A DNA stretch of 61,008 bases, the filler included, from Acidimicrobiia bacterium (GTDB lineage Bacteria > Actinomycetota > Acidimicrobiia > Spongiisociales > JAHEDJ01), in assembly GCA_029210695.1 (NCBI GenBank). It is 4 parts of 4 records of this genome, joined end to end, with 100 filler letters (N's around TTAATTAATTAA, not from the genome) between each part and the next. Parts side by side here need not be neighbours in the genome. Positions count along the whole stretch, not along the records: positions 1 to 16,070 come from JARGFH010000074.1; positions 16,171 to 31,449 come from JARGFH010000075.1; 2 more parts are not named here. One strand, written 5' to 3'. Below are positions 9,045-19,411 of the stretch, one piece after another. Under the pieces are notes generated by a model. That model worked only from the letters and a program-made list of their open reading frames with translations, was not told the origin of the DNA and made no database searches. How positions within the stretch are numbered: position 1 is the first letter of the stretch; each line of letters begins with the position of its first letter. Position numbers and translations under genes: made by a program.

Positions 9045-10052
9045 CTAGCTCTTCTGCTGGATGCCCTCGACGAGTCTTCGTGCGTTCCCGCTCAGGATGA
9101 GGTCTCGATCGTGCTCCGTGAGCCCGGGAATGGATTGAACGGTCGCAACCGGGTCGTCGTCCCCCATCTCAAAGGGGTAGTCGGTACCGAGGAGAACATG
9201 CTCGATGCCGGCAAACTCCACCAGGAAAGCCAGCACCTCCGGAGAATGGGTGATGGTGTCGTAGTAGAGGTTCTTGAGCCATTCGCTGGGCGGCCGCGAG
9301 AGGTTCGTGGCGGCGAGGCCCGGCTTGGAGTGATATGCGCGATCGAGACGACCCGCCTGGTATGGAAGAAATCCCCCTCCGTGGACAACACAGACTCGAA
9401 GATCCGGGTATCTCTCGAAAACGCCTCCCATCACCATATGGCCAACACCGATCGACGTCTCTGCGGGACGGCCGATCGCGTTGTCGAGGAAATGGCGCTT
9501 GACGTTCCGACCGGCCAGCGGGTTGTACGGGTGGATGAGCACGAGGCAACGCAGTTCGGCGGCCGCTTCCCAGAATGGGTCGAGATCTCGATCGTCGAGT
9601 TCTGCTCCGTCCACGGTCGCCGCGATTTCGACCCCCGCCATTCCTAGGTCGGCAACTGCGAACCGTAACTCCGTGGCAGCGGCCGACGGGGCCTGCAACG
9701 GGACCGTGCACAGAGGAAGGAACCGGTCCGGATGCTCTTCGGCCACCCCCGCCAGTCCCTCGTTGTACATCCTCGAGAATCGGGAACCTTCTGCCGCGCC
9801 GAGCGCGTATGCAGTGAGATCGATCCAGGCCGAGATCATCTGTACATCTACGCCGGACCGGTCCATCGCGGCCAGCCGTTGGTCGACATCAACCAGATCG
9901 GCTCGAAGCGGTGCAGTAGTGACCCGTCCCGCCACAACAACCTGGCGCCGCTCACCGTCGCGCACGATCTGCATCCCGAACTGATCGCCCCGGCTCTCCA
10001 GGTTCGCCAAGACCTCTTGCGGGATGCAGTGGGCGTGAACATCCGTCGTCAC
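9045..10052 (-). CDS. Amidohydrolase_2 family protein (ACMSD-like decarboxylase/hydratase)
   Basis: DVHAH, LIHP, VHGGGFLP, LLGTDYPF; GTG start after AAGGAG. Confidence 0.9.
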   Translation of the reverse strand: MTTDVHAHCIPQEVLANLESRGDQFGMQIVRDGERRQVVVAGRVTTAPLRADLVDVDQRLAAMDRSGVDVQMISAWIDLTAYALGAAEGSRFSRMYNEGLAGVAEEHPDRFLPLCTVPLQAPSAAATELRFAVADLGMAGVEIAATVDGAELDDRDLDPFWEAAAELRCLVLIHPYNPLAGRNVKRHFLDNAIGRPAETSIGVGHMVMGGVFERYPDLRVCVVHGGGFLPYQAGRLDRAYHSKPGLAATNLSRPPSEWLKNLYYDTITHSPEVLAFLVEFAGIEHVLLGTDYPFEMGDDDPVATVQSIPGLTEHDRDLILSGNARRLVEGIQQKS

Positions 10053-10266
10053 AGTGACACTCCTTGGTCGGGATTCGAACTCGCGGGGTCGAATTGACGT
10101 TTGAAGAAGGTGCAAATGGCACCCGGCCTGCTCATCGGGAACACCGGACACCTTTGACTTCGGTCGACGCTCCTCCGTCACCAGTCGGTCGTTGACCGTC
10201 ATGCTCAGCTGCCACAGATCCTCACGATGTATTGAAGGCTTCTACGGTAGTGAGCGGTGGTGATGG

Positions 10267-10286
10267 AATCCCAACATGGTGGGATT
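10267..10286. promoter_or_regulatory. Palindromic operator-like site upstream of the catabolic cluster
   Basis: AATCCCA-N6-TGGGATT in the intergenic region before the amidohydrolase gene. Confidence 0.4.
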
Positions 10287-10550
10287 AACCGGCCGTCCGT
10301 CGCTGCGGCGATCGTTGAGAGTCCATCGCTCGAAGGTCCGGTTGTCGACGAAGAGCCGCCCCATGATCTTAAATCGTGCCGGTCAGGAGAAAGCATTTCT
10401 AGCGGGCGGTCACTTCGCCGTTCCAAGTATGGGCTACCCGGCCAGTCCGACGGTCGACGGTCACTCCGGGACGTGACCTGACCGATCACGGGATCCGTGG
10501 ATGCCCGTGAGAGCAGGGCACGCCGGGAGGCGCGCCCGCTCGTCGTTCGT

Positions 10551-11543
10551 TCACGGCGTCAACCACACCGGGTACTCGCGTACGTCGATCTGACTTCCGT
10601 CTTTGGGCGAGTAGACCCAGACGATGACTCCGCCCATTTGCGCCTCGTCGACGTCGTAGTCGATGGTGACGTCGAAGCTCCCCCAGCAACCCGTACCGCA
10701 CGACGCCTGCACCGGTTCTTCGGCGAGGATCAGGCCGTCGTTGTCGACGATTGCTATCGTGAACCTCGCTTCGAAGACGTTGGACACGCCGGTGATACGA
10801 GCCGGGTCGGCGACTGATCCGGCGTAGGCGGGTGAGTCAACAAAGACCGCAGGCAGGAACTCCTGCTGATCCGCCCGGCCAAGGGGTTCGTCGATCACCA
10901 ATCCCTCGGAGGAGAAGACGGTGACCCGCTCCCCATCGAGTTCAAAGGCGACCTCATCGATGGTCGGGAACTGAGTGAGTGTGTAGACAACTTGTGCGAG
11001 GCGAGCACCCATCGAGAAGGTACCCCCTCCGGATTCGAACTCCTTCGAGAGGTTCACGGTGGCAACACCGTCGCTCACACGCACTCCCAGGAAGCGCGCA
11101 TCGGACGGTATCGTCGTCGAGAGCGCCGGGATGGAGGTCGCCTCTTCGCCGGTTGGCCCTTTCAGGAGCGCTTCCATGGCCGCCGCCGCCACCCCGACCG
11201 TCCGGTCGACGTGACGCGCAACCGGTACCAGCGAGGGACCGACTGCGCTCGTCTCACCCGTATCGTCGAGCATCAGGTAGACACGGACTTCGGTTAGGCC
11301 GGGCTGAACGGTTGTGGTGGTACTCGAGGCGGGCACCGTGCTGGTCGTGGTGGTTGAGGAGGAGACGGGTACGGTGGTCGTCGTGGCCGGCTGGTCGGCG
11401 CCGGTCGTTGTGCTGGTGGTCCCGCCCTCCGTCGTAGTGGGGGAACCCGGCTGGACGGTCGAGGAGGAAGTGTCTGATCCTCCGGTTCCGCATGCGGACA
11501 GAACTAGTGCAACCGCCAGCAGCGTCATCCAAACACGTCGCAT
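10551..11543 (-). CDS. Lipoprotein with GerMN and Gmad2 (Ig-like) domains
   Basis: Lipobox LSAC, Thr-rich linker, ALLKGP...LAQVVYTLTQF (GerMN), GVSNVFEA...GCWGSF (Gmad2). Confidence 0.88.
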   Translation of the reverse strand: MRRVWMTLLAVALVLSACGTGGSDTSSSTVQPGSPTTTEGGTTSTTTGADQPATTTTVPVSSSTTTTSTVPASSTTTTVQPGLTEVRVYLMLDDTGETSAVGPSLVPVARHVDRTVGVAAAAMEALLKGPTGEEATSIPALSTTIPSDARFLGVRVSDGVATVNLSKEFESGGGTFSMGARLAQVVYTLTQFPTIDEVAFELDGERVTVFSSEGLVIDEPLGRADQQEFLPAVFVDSPAYAGSVADPARITGVSNVFEARFTIAIVDNDGLILAEEPVQASCGTGCWGSFDVTIDYDVDEAQMGGVIVWVYSPKDGSQIDVREYPVWLTP

Positions 11544-11706
11544 GGCCTTCCTTTCCTAGGGTCTCGACTTCAGCATTTCAGCCTGGTGTCACCGTGGGAT
11601 CACGCCCGGGTAACAGTGTCGTAACGACCTCAGTGTGCCAGTTGTCCGTACGACGTCGGGCCAGCTGGTTACCATCCGGCCGTCCGCCAACTGCCGAGGC
11701 CACCAC

Positions 11707-11988
11707 ATGCAGATCAGCGAGTTCCAGCAGATCATGGAAGACACATACGGCACGCGCGATCGCGCCCGTGGTGTTCCCGCTTCGCTCGCCTGGTTGACCG
11801 AAGAAGTCGGCGAACTCGCACAGTCGCTTCGCAAAGGGAGCCATGCGGATCAACAGCACGAGTTCGCGGATGTGTTGGCCTGGACCTTCTCGCTGGCAAA
11901 CCAGGCCGGCATCGATTTGGAGGCGGCGGTCGACCGATATGCGCACGGCTGCCCCAAATGCATGGCGGTGCCCTGCCACTGTGCGTGA
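11707..11988 (+). CDS. MazG-like nucleotide pyrophosphohydrolase
   Basis: WLTEEVGELA...HEFADVLAW; C-terminal CPKC...CHC. Confidence 0.9.
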   Translation: MQISEFQQIMEDTYGTRDRARGVPASLAWLTEEVGELAQSLRKGSHADQQHEFADVLAWTFSLANQAGIDLEAAVDRYAHGCPKCMAVPCHCA

Positions 11989-12025
11989 GTTGGCGGTCAC
12001 AGGAATGGCCCCGTAGGCTCCCGGC

Positions 12026-12649
12026 GTGAAACCCCGATATCCAGTTATTTCCTTGTTGGCAGCCGTCCTCATCGTCTCGATCGCTCTTCCGGCGGTCGCC
12101 GATGACCTCGATTCAGCGGTGGCTTCGGCACGCGGGAGTGCCCTTTCCATACTCAGCGAGGCTGAATCAATTGCGGTCGCCTCCGCCCGGGCACAGGCCG
12201 CCGCCGAGAACCCGTTCCATGCGGATCTCAATCCGCTTCTCGGAGTCTGCGACTCCGTTGGCGAGGTGGTCGGGGTAGGTCCGAACGTCGGTCGGATCTT
12301 CGAGGAGTTCGCCGCCAGCGGCTCTCACTGGTCGCTCATCACCGCCGGTAACTGGACCTCAATGGGAACCGGCCAGACGCGCGGCGCCGACGGGTACCTC
12401 TATATCTCGGTTGTCTTCTGCGAAGGCGGTGTCCCGCCCGCCACTACTCCAACGACTGCGGCTCCCGTGACGACAACACCCGCGACAACCCCACCGCAGC
12501 CTGCTCCGGCACCGGCTACCGCCAGCACGGCCGAGCCAACCCCCACCATGACATGGATCGAGCCCGACCCGGTCGATCGAGAGTTGTGTCCCCTCATGAC
12601 GGGCGAAGAACACGACGGTGACATGAGCGAAGGCTTCTGCATCATCTGA
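12026..12649 (+). CDS. Secreted CAP/SCP-like domain protein
   Basis: Signal peptide; GEVVG...SGSHWSLI...MGTG...YISVVF CAP-like pattern; Pro/Thr tail. Confidence 0.55.
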   Translation: MKPRYPVISLLAAVLIVSIALPAVADDLDSAVASARGSALSILSEAESIAVASARAQAAAENPFHADLNPLLGVCDSVGEVVGVGPNVGRIFEEFAASGSHWSLITAGNWTSMGTGQTRGADGYLYISVVFCEGGVPPATTPTTAAPVTTTPATTPPQPAPAPATASTAEPTPTMTWIEPDPVDRELCPLMTGEEHDGDMSEGFCII

Positions 12650-12650
12650 A

Positions 12651-12748
12651 GAGGTCCGAGGTTCCAAGTTCTAAGTTCTGAGTGACCCACCGGCTGCACA
12701 GACCGGACGGCTGTGCGCACAAAACCCAGAACCTATAACCCAGAACCT
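12651..12748. repeat. Degenerate heptamer tracts in inverted arrangement between convergent genes
   Basis: gaggtcc gaggttc caagttc taagttc ... aaaaccc agaacct ataaccc agaacct. Confidence 0.6.
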
Positions 12749-12789
12749 CCTCGCCGCGGAGACCGTCCCCGGCAAGAAGCCCATCCTCT

Positions 12790-13803
12790 CTATACGAGAA
12801 GCTCGGCGATCTGGACTGCGTTCAGAGCAGCGCCCTTACGGAGATTGTCGCCGACCGTCCAGAGGTTGAGGCCACCAGTTCCATCGAGCGTTGGGCGGAT
12901 CCGCCCTACCAGCACATCGTCGATCCCCGCCGCGTCGAGGGGCGTCGGAACCTTGTCCAGCCACACCTGAACGCCCGGCGCGGCGTTGATGATCTCAACG
13001 GCCTCCTCGGGCGCAACCGGACGATCGAACCACAAGGCGACGGAAGTGCCGTGACCGGTCATGACCGGCACCCGCACGCAAGTCGATTCGGCCTGGATTG
13101 AGGGCGCCTCGAGGATCTTGCGGGTCTCGTTGAGCAGTTTCAGTTCTTCATCCGTGTACCCGTGCGGATCCGCCTCACCGATGAGGGGAAGCACATTGAA
13201 GGCGATGGGCCGTGCGTAGACTTCGCCGCCTGGGTCGATCCATGTGCCGTCGTTCAGCGCTGCCTCGTCGTTCTGGAGCTGCCGGGTCTGACGTGAGAGC
13301 TCGTCGATTCCCGTCTTGCCAGAGCCGGATACGGCCTGATAGGAGGAGGCAACCAACCGCTTGAGACCGGCGGCACGGTGCAACGGAGCAACCCCCATCA
13401 GCATGGTCATGGTGGTGCAGTTGGGGTTGGCGATGATTCCCCGGTGATGGGAGGCGGCGTGGTCATTGACGCCTGCCACGACCAGCGGTACCTGCTCGTC
13501 CATCCGGAACGCCGAAGAATTGTCTATCACTACCGCCCCTGCCGTGGCGAAGGTTGGAGCAAACTGGCGCGACCGGCCCCCGCCTGCCGAGAACAAGGCG
13601 ATATCGATGCCCGTCGGATCGGCCAGAGCGAGATCTTCAACCTCGACCTCGCCCCAAGCAGTTTCGATCTTCTGACCGGCAGAACGCGCCGACGCCAGCA
13701 GACGCAACTCCCCTACCGGGAAACTCCGCTCGGTGAGGATCGAGAGCATCGCCCTGCCGACTGCTCCAGTTGCTCCTGCAACTGCAACGTTCTTGCTAGA
13801 CAT
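12790..13803 (-). CDS. asd: Aspartate-semialdehyde dehydrogenase
   Basis: [48 protein letters not shown]. Confidence 0.97.
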   Translation of the reverse strand: MSSKNVAVAGATGAVGRAMLSILTERSFPVGELRLLASARSAGQKIETAWGEVEVEDLALADPTGIDIALFSAGGGRSRQFAPTFATAGAVVIDNSSAFRMDEQVPLVVAGVNDHAASHHRGIIANPNCTTMTMLMGVAPLHRAAGLKRLVASSYQAVSGSGKTGIDELSRQTRQLQNDEAALNDGTWIDPGGEVYARPIAFNVLPLIGEADPHGYTDEELKLLNETRKILEAPSIQAESTCVRVPVMTGHGTSVALWFDRPVAPEEAVEIINAAPGVQVWLDKVPTPLDAAGIDDVLVGRIRPTLDGTGGLNLWTVGDNLRKGAALNAVQIAELLV

Positions 13804-15028
13804 CTGCTTCCTCCCCGACCAGCTCTGCTTCGAAGGCAGCGTGCAGCGAGCGCACGGCGTCTTCAACACGATCCGACCGAACCACACAGGAAATCCGGAT
13901 AGTCGAGGTCGAGATCATCTCGATGTTGATGTCAGAATCGCTCAGTGCCCTAAACACACGGGCGGCCACACCTGGGTGCGACTTCATTCCGGCGCCCACC
14001 AGCGAGACCTTGGCAATATCGGTGTCGATATCGACTCCAGCGGCACCTATCTCGGAAGCAAGTTGCTCCGTGACCTCGAGAGCGGTCACCGACGTCGACC
14101 GGGGGACCGTGAAGCTGATATCGGTGGATCCATCGATGGACACGTTCTGCACGATCATGTCGACATTGACCTGATGGCCGGCCATCTGCTCGAAGAGCGT
14201 GGCGGCGATCCCCGGTCGATCCGGAACTCCGTGAACGGTGATCTTTGCTTCGGACGTGTCGTGAGCGATCCCGCTGATAATGGCTTCTTCCATGGTCTTC
14301 TCCTTCACCCACGTCCCAGGAGCGTCGTGGAACGACGACCTGACGTGGATCGGGATGTTGAAGCGACGTCCGAACTCCACCGACCTGGCCATGAGCACGC
14401 CTGCCCCGGCCGCGGCGAGTTCGAGCATCTCCTCGGTTGAGATTTCATTGAGTTTTCTAGCGTTGGGAACGATTCTGGGGTCGGCAGTGAAGACACCATC
14501 CACATCGGTACAGATTTCGCAGACGTCGGCGCCGAATGCTGCCGCCAGTGCCACTGCCGATGCGTCTGAACCACCGCGACCCAGGGTTGTCACCTCTTTG
14601 GTTCTGGGGGAGACACCCTGGAACCCGGCCACGATGACCACTTTGCCTTCATCGAGAGACTCCTGAACGCGGAATCCGCGAATCTCTTCGATCTTCGCCT
14701 CGCCGTGCGCTTCACTGGTCAAGATGCCGGCCTGTGAGCCCGTGAAGCTGACCGCCTCCAGGCCCTCCGCGTGGATCGCCATGGCCAGCAGAGCCATCGA
14801 GATGCGCTCGCCGGCGGTGAGCAGCATGTCCATCTCGCGAGCGGGTGGATTGGAACTCACCTGGTCGGCCAGCGCGATGAGATCATCCGTCGTCTTTCCC
14901 ATCGCGGACACGACAACGAGCACCTGGTTCCCCTCGCGTCGCGTATCCGCAATGCGGTGAGCTACTCGTTTGAGGCGATCTGCGTCGGCTACCGACGTGC
15001 CTCCATACTTCTGGACTATCAAGGCCAT
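13796..15028 (-). CDS. lysC: Aspartate kinase
   Basis: [23 protein letters not shown], two ACT domains; overlaps asd. Confidence 0.97.
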   Translation of the reverse strand: MALIVQKYGGTSVADADRLKRVAHRIADTRREGNQVLVVVSAMGKTTDDLIALADQVSSNPPAREMDMLLTAGERISMALLAMAIHAEGLEAVSFTGSQAGILTSEAHGEAKIEEIRGFRVQESLDEGKVVIVAGFQGVSPRTKEVTTLGRGGSDASAVALAAAFGADVCEICTDVDGVFTADPRIVPNARKLNEISTEEMLELAAAGAGVLMARSVEFGRRFNIPIHVRSSFHDAPGTWVKEKTMEEAIISGIAHDTSEAKITVHGVPDRPGIAATLFEQMAGHQVNVDMIVQNVSIDGSTDISFTVPRSTSVTALEVTEQLASEIGAAGVDIDTDIAKVSLVGAGMKSHPGVAARVFRALSDSDINIEMISTSTIRISCVVRSDRVEDAVRSLHAAFEAELVGEEADV

Positions 15029-15107
15029 CCGGCCACTCCTGGTTGATGTCAAACAACGAGTGTACCGGTGACTCCAACGTCTTCCGACGCGCCTATAGTT
15101 CCGGTCC

Positions 15108-15977
15108 GTGAGTCAGGACAAACGCAATCGCCAGAGAGAGAACCGTCAGAGGAAGCTCGAAGCAGAGCGGAAGGCGGCTCGTGCGAAGGCACTCCGCCGC
15201 CGCATCATCCAGGTCGTAGTCCTCTTCGTCATCGTGATCGTCGCCCTCGGCGTCAACACGCTGCTCCGGGGCGGCAACGATGAAACGACCACCGACACGA
15301 CGGTGGCTCCGGTAGACGGCACGACACCGACCACCCAGGCGCCGGATGCCACGAGCACCACGGTTGAGAGCGCGGCGGTCCCTGCTTCATACGATGACTA
15401 CCGGACACTCCCCGTTGCCTGCGGAGGCACCCTCCCCGATCCCGTCGAGCCGATGGCTTTCGCCGCACCGGAAGACCAGGGAATCGGTCCGGATGATCAG
15501 GTAGTCGCCACCATCGTTACCTCCTGCGGCGACATCGTCCTCGACCTTGATCCGGCGTCTGCGCCGGAAACCGTCAACTCGTTCGTGTTCCTCGCCCGCC
15601 AGGGCTACTACGACGGAACGGCCTTCCACCGGATCGTGGAGGGGTTCATGTTGCAGGGCGGCGATCAGACCGCCACCGGCACGGGCGACCCCGGATACTC
15701 CCTGCCGGATGAGTTGAATGCGGCGGTATCCCCTTATCCAAAGGGGACCCTGGCGATGGCCAACTCAGGAGCACCCGGGACCTCAGGAAGCCAGTTCTTC
15801 ATCATGTTCGAGGATTACCCGCTGGGTCCGAGCTATTCGGTCTTCGGCACGACGGTCGACTCCGATGAGACCATGGCCGCCATCGAATCGATCCCGAAGG
15901 CCCTGCGCGGCAGTGAGATGAGCGTGCCGATGCAAGGCCTGTTCATCGAGCGAATCGAGATCTCGACGGGTTCCTAG
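15108..15977 (+). CDS. Membrane-anchored cyclophilin-type peptidyl-prolyl isomerase
   Basis: Basic N-terminus plus TM helix; [26 protein letters not shown]. Confidence 0.92.
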   Translation: MSQDKRNRQRENRQRKLEAERKAARAKALRRRIIQVVVLFVIVIVALGVNTLLRGGNDETTTDTTVAPVDGTTPTTQAPDATSTTVESAAVPASYDDYRTLPVACGGTLPDPVEPMAFAAPEDQGIGPDDQVVATIVTSCGDIVLDLDPASAPETVNSFVFLARQGYYDGTAFHRIVEGFMLQGGDQTATGTGDPGYSLPDELNAAVSPYPKGTLAMANSGAPGTSGSQFFIMFEDYPLGPSYSVFGTTVDSDETMAAIESIPKALRGSEMSVPMQGLFIERIEISTGS

Positions 15978-15994
15978 TTGCTAGTCGCGAGTTG

Positions 15995-16070
15995 CTAGTG
16001 GTCTGTCGCTGAAATGGCGAACCGGTGTAGTGTTGGGGGATGGTTGCTACTGCTGAAGCGTTGCGGATGT
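15995..16070 (+). mobile_element. IS630-like left end with transposase start (ATG 16040, MVATAEALRM...)
   Basis: Begins CTAG|TGGTCTGTCGCTGAAAT; reverse-complement copy at 46799-46873; both run into contig gaps. Confidence 0.65.
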
Positions 16071-16170
16071 NNNNNNNNNNNNNNNNNNNNNNNNNNNNNN
16101 NNNNNNNNNNNNNNTTAATTAATTAANNNNNNNNNNNNNNNNNNNNNNNNNNNNNNNNNNNNNNNNNNNN
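16071..16170. other. Artificial contig linker
   Basis: N-run + TTAATTAATTAA + N-run, 100 bp. Confidence 0.98.
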
Positions 16171-16301
16171 ACTCCCCTGACGATCAGCAGTACCAAGCAT
16201 CGCAAGCTCCAAAGAAGATCATGGCTCCAGTGTGACCGAAAACGACCCCGAACGCGAGCACCCCCGACCCACAACCACCAACTTTTTCGGCAGCCACCTA
16301 G
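16171..16301 (+). mobile_element. Probable IS right end (IS1182/IS5-like)
   Basis: Ends TTTTTCGGCAGCCACCTAG just inside a contig start, 12 nt before the oxidoreductase ATG. Confidence 0.4.
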
Positions 16302-16313
16302 AAAAGAGATCAC

Positions 16314-19094
16314 ATGACGACACATCGAGAGCCAGACCTCGAGATCCCCCGGCTTCTCCCCGGAAGTCAACTCACCAACTTCCCTCCACCCGAACGCTGG
16401 GACGATTGGGAAGAGTACGACGCGCAGGCCTGGCCCGACAAGGTCAAGCACAACGTACGAATGGTGCCGACCACCTGCTTCAACTGCGAGTCGGCCTGCG
16501 GCCTCCTAGCCGTCATCGACAAGGCCACAGGCGAGATCCGCCGCTTCGAGGGCAACCCGGCCCACCCGGGCTCCCGCGGACGCAACTGCGCCAAAGGTCC
16601 GGCCACCATCAACCAGGTCTACGACCCGGAACGCATCTTGTATCCCCTTCGCCGCAAGGGAGCGCGAGGTTCTGGTGAGTGGGAGCGGGTGTCGTGGGAA
16701 GAAGCCCTCGACGACATCGGCGGACGGATGCGGAAGGCCATCCAGGAAGGTCGCAACGACGAGATCATGTACCACGTCGGGCGGCCCGGTGAGGACGGCT
16801 TCATGGACCGCACCCTGAAGGCATGGGGCGTCGACGGCCACAACTCGCATACCAACATCTGCTCATCGGGGGCACGGGTTGGCTACGCCATGTGGATGGG
16901 CCACGATCGACCATCGGCCGACTTCGCCAACGCCCGGTTCATCTTGCTGCTGTCCGCCCACCTCGAAACCGGCCACTACTTCAACCCGCACGCCCAGCGG
17001 ATCATGGAAGGAAAGCAGGCAGGAGCGAAGCTCGCCACCATCGACCCGCGCCTCTCCAACACGGCGTCGATGTCGGACGTCTGGCTGTCACCGTATCCCG
17101 GCACCGAGGCGGCCATGCTGCTGGCCATCGCCCGGCTACTGCTCGAGTGGGACGCCATCGATCGTCCGTTTATAGAGAGGTGGGTCAACTGGGAACAGAC
17201 CCTTTCCGAGCAGTACCCCGACCGACCGAACACGTTCGACGAGTTCATCGACGTGCTCAAGGAGACCTATGCCTCCTACACGCTCGAGTGGGCGGCGGAG
17301 GAGTCGGGTGTCGACCGGTGGCGAATTGAAGAGGTCGCCAGGGGAATCGCAGACGCCGGACACCGGTTCGCCAGCCACACCTGGCGTTCGGCCGGTTCCG
17401 GCAACGAAGGTGGATGGCAAGTGGCGCGAACGCTCTGGTTCCTCCACGTGCTGACCGGCTCGGTTGGCACGAAGGGCGGAACATCGCCGAGCGCCTGGGA
17501 CAAGTTCAAGCCCAGGCACTGGAACATGCCGCCCACCCACAACAGGTGGAACGAACTGCTCTGGCCACCCGAGTATCCCCTCGCCCACCACGAACTGAGT
17601 ATCTTGCTTCCCTACTTCCTCAAAGAGGAACGCGCCAAGCTCGACGTGTACTTCACCAGGGTCTACAACCCGATCTGGACCAACCCGGACGGGTTCAGCT
17701 GGATGGAAGTTCTCACGGATGAAGCCAAAGTGGGCCTGCACGTCGCCCTGACGCCGACCTGGTCGGAGACCGCCTGGTTTGCCGACTACGTCCTGCCGAT
17801 GGGAGTCGGAGCCGAACGCCACGACACACACTCGTATGAGACGCACGCCGGCCAATGGCTTGGATTCCGCCAACCGGTGCTCCGGGTCGCCGGCGAGCGG
17901 GACGGAAAGGTCTTTGCTCGCACCTACGAGGCGAACCCCGGAGAGGTATGGGAAGAGAACGAATTCTGGTTCGATCTCTCGTGGCGAATAGACCCCGACG
18001 GATCGCTCGGAATAAAGCAGTGGTTCCAGTCGCCCAACGATCCCGACCGCCCCGTATCGGTCGACGAGTACTACGGGTGGATGTTCGACAACTCGGTGCC
18101 GGGCCTTCCCGAGAAAGCGGGCGCCGAGGGCATCACGCCGCTCGAGTACATGCGCAAATACGGCGCCGTCGAAGTGGAGAAGGACATCTACAAGGTCCAT
18201 GAACGACCCGTCGATGCCCACGAAGTCGGAATGGACGGTCTCGCCCGCAAGGACGGCGAGGTGGTAGGCGTGCGGGTCCAGAACGACGTGGTCACCGGGT
18301 TCAAGTCCCCGTCGAAGAAACTCGAGTGGTGGTCGAAGACCATGCACGAGTGGGGGTGGCCCGATGCTGCCATTCCCACCTACCTGAAGACGCACGTGTA
18401 CTGGCGTGATCTCGATATGGCCGGCAACGAGCGGATCCTCCTGCCAATTTTCAGGCTGCCGACCCTGATCCACACCCGATCGGGCAACGCCAAGTACCTC
18501 TACGAGATCAGCCACGGTCACCCGCTGTGGGTCAACCCGATCGACGCCGACGCTCTCGGCCTCCATACCGGTGACCTGGTGCGCATCAATACCGACAGCG
18601 GCCATTTCGTGATCCGCGCCTGGCGAACCGAAGGCATCCGGCCGGGAGTGGTGGCCGCCAGCCACCACCTGGGTCGATGGCGACTCTCCGAAACCATGGG
18701 CAACGAACGCTGGGCGTCTGCCCTGGTGGACATCACCAAAACCGGCGACAGCACGTGGATGATGCGCCAGAAGCGAGGCATCGAGCCGTTCGCGTCGGAC
18801 GATCCTGACTCGGAGCGCATCTGGTGGAAGGATGCCGGCGTCCACCAGAACTTGACCTTCCCCACTCACGCCGACCCCGTTTCCGGCATGCATGCCTGGC
18901 ACCAGCGGGTGCGGATCACGAAGGCAGAACCCGGCGACCAATACGGCGACGTCGTCGTCGACACCGCCAAGAGCTTCGCGGTCTACAAGGAATGGCTGGC
19001 CAAGACCAAGCCGGGCCCCGGCCCGGACGGCACCCGCCGACCGATGTGGCTCGACCGACCGGTCAAACCTACCCCCGAGGCTTATCGGGCCTGA
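16314..19094 (+). CDS. Molybdopterin (bis-MGD) oxidoreductase catalytic subunit, DMSO reductase superfamily
   Basis: CFNCESAC...CAKG 4Fe-4S motif, RVSWEEALD, IDPRLS, ADYVLP, C-terminal LWVNPIDA...GDLVRI; no Tat signal. Confidence 0.93.
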   Translation: MTTHREPDLEIPRLLPGSQLTNFPPPERWDDWEEYDAQAWPDKVKHNVRMVPTTCFNCESACGLLAVIDKATGEIRRFEGNPAHPGSRGRNCAKGPATINQVYDPERILYPLRRKGARGSGEWERVSWEEALDDIGGRMRKAIQEGRNDEIMYHVGRPGEDGFMDRTLKAWGVDGHNSHTNICSSGARVGYAMWMGHDRPSADFANARFILLLSAHLETGHYFNPHAQRIMEGKQAGAKLATIDPRLSNTASMSDVWLSPYPGTEAAMLLAIARLLLEWDAIDRPFIERWVNWEQTLSEQYPDRPNTFDEFIDVLKETYASYTLEWAAEESGVDRWRIEEVARGIADAGHRFASHTWRSAGSGNEGGWQVARTLWFLHVLTGSVGTKGGTSPSAWDKFKPRHWNMPPTHNRWNELLWPPEYPLAHHELSILLPYFLKEERAKLDVYFTRVYNPIWTNPDGFSWMEVLTDEAKVGLHVALTPTWSETAWFADYVLPMGVGAERHDTHSYETHAGQWLGFRQPVLRVAGERDGKVFARTYEANPGEVWEENEFWFDLSWRIDPDGSLGIKQWFQSPNDPDRPVSVDEYYGWMFDNSVPGLPEKAGAEGITPLEYMRKYGAVEVEKDIYKVHERPVDAHEVGMDGLARKDGEVVGVRVQNDVVTGFKSPSKKLEWWSKTMHEWGWPDAAIPTYLKTHVYWRDLDMAGNERILLPIFRLPTLIHTRSGNAKYLYEISHGHPLWVNPIDADALGLHTGDLVRINTDSGHFVIRAWRTEGIRPGVVAASHHLGRWRLSETMGNERWASALVDITKTGDSTWMMRQKRGIEPFASDDPDSERIWWKDAGVHQNLTFPTHADPVSGMHAWHQRVRITKAEPGDQYGDVVVDTAKSFAVYKEWLAKTKPGPGPDGTRRPMWLDRPVKPTPEAYRA

Positions 19095-19096
19095 AG

Positions 19097-19168
19097 GGGT
19101 CATAGGTACGAGGTAGTAGATGATAGGTAATAGGTAATAGGTTGTGGCAGTAGGTGATAGGCGCTGAG
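19097..19168. repeat. Heptamer tandem tract (consensus TAGGTAA)
   Basis: taggtac gaggtag tagatga taggtaa taggtaa taggttg ... taggtga taggcgc. Confidence 0.7.
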
Positions 19169-19300
19169 CATCGGGCGCGACCTCGAGGCAGAGCAGGCAC
19201 GCAAACAACCCCCCTCGCCGGCCGGCAACAGCCGGCCACCACTCCCCCCACGGAACCCTGAGGGGAGAACACATGCACGACACCGGCGTCCCCCCGCGTT

Positions 19301-19349
19301 TCTCCCCCGCGCAGCGGGGGAGATGCCGAGTCTCCGAGGCAGAGGGGGC
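19301..19349. repeat. REP-like double hairpin
   Basis: TCTCCCCCGC-gca-GCGGGGGAGA followed by TGCC...GGCAGAGGGGG. Confidence 0.6.
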
Positions 19350-19411
19350 TCCCAAATACAGACTTCGCCAAAGCCACGCACAGTGGCAGGCCTCCGTTAC
19401 CGTATGAACTG

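Noticed and set aside
10064..10090. Minus-strand GAGTTCGAATCCCGACCA resembling a tRNA T-arm and 3' end
   Set aside because: No acceptor, D or anticodon stems can be built; it abuts the amidohydrolase RBS and is probably chance
16115..16126. TTAATTAATTAA palindrome occurring three times
   Set aside because: Synthetic all-frame stop linker within N-runs, not biological
19097..19168. Tandem repeats considered as a CRISPR array
   Set aside because: 7-bp period with no spacers; no cas genes in the window
17136..19355. 739-aa minus-strand ORF (also 23332-25371 and similar long antisense ORFs)
   Set aside because: Shadow ORFs opposite well-supported genes
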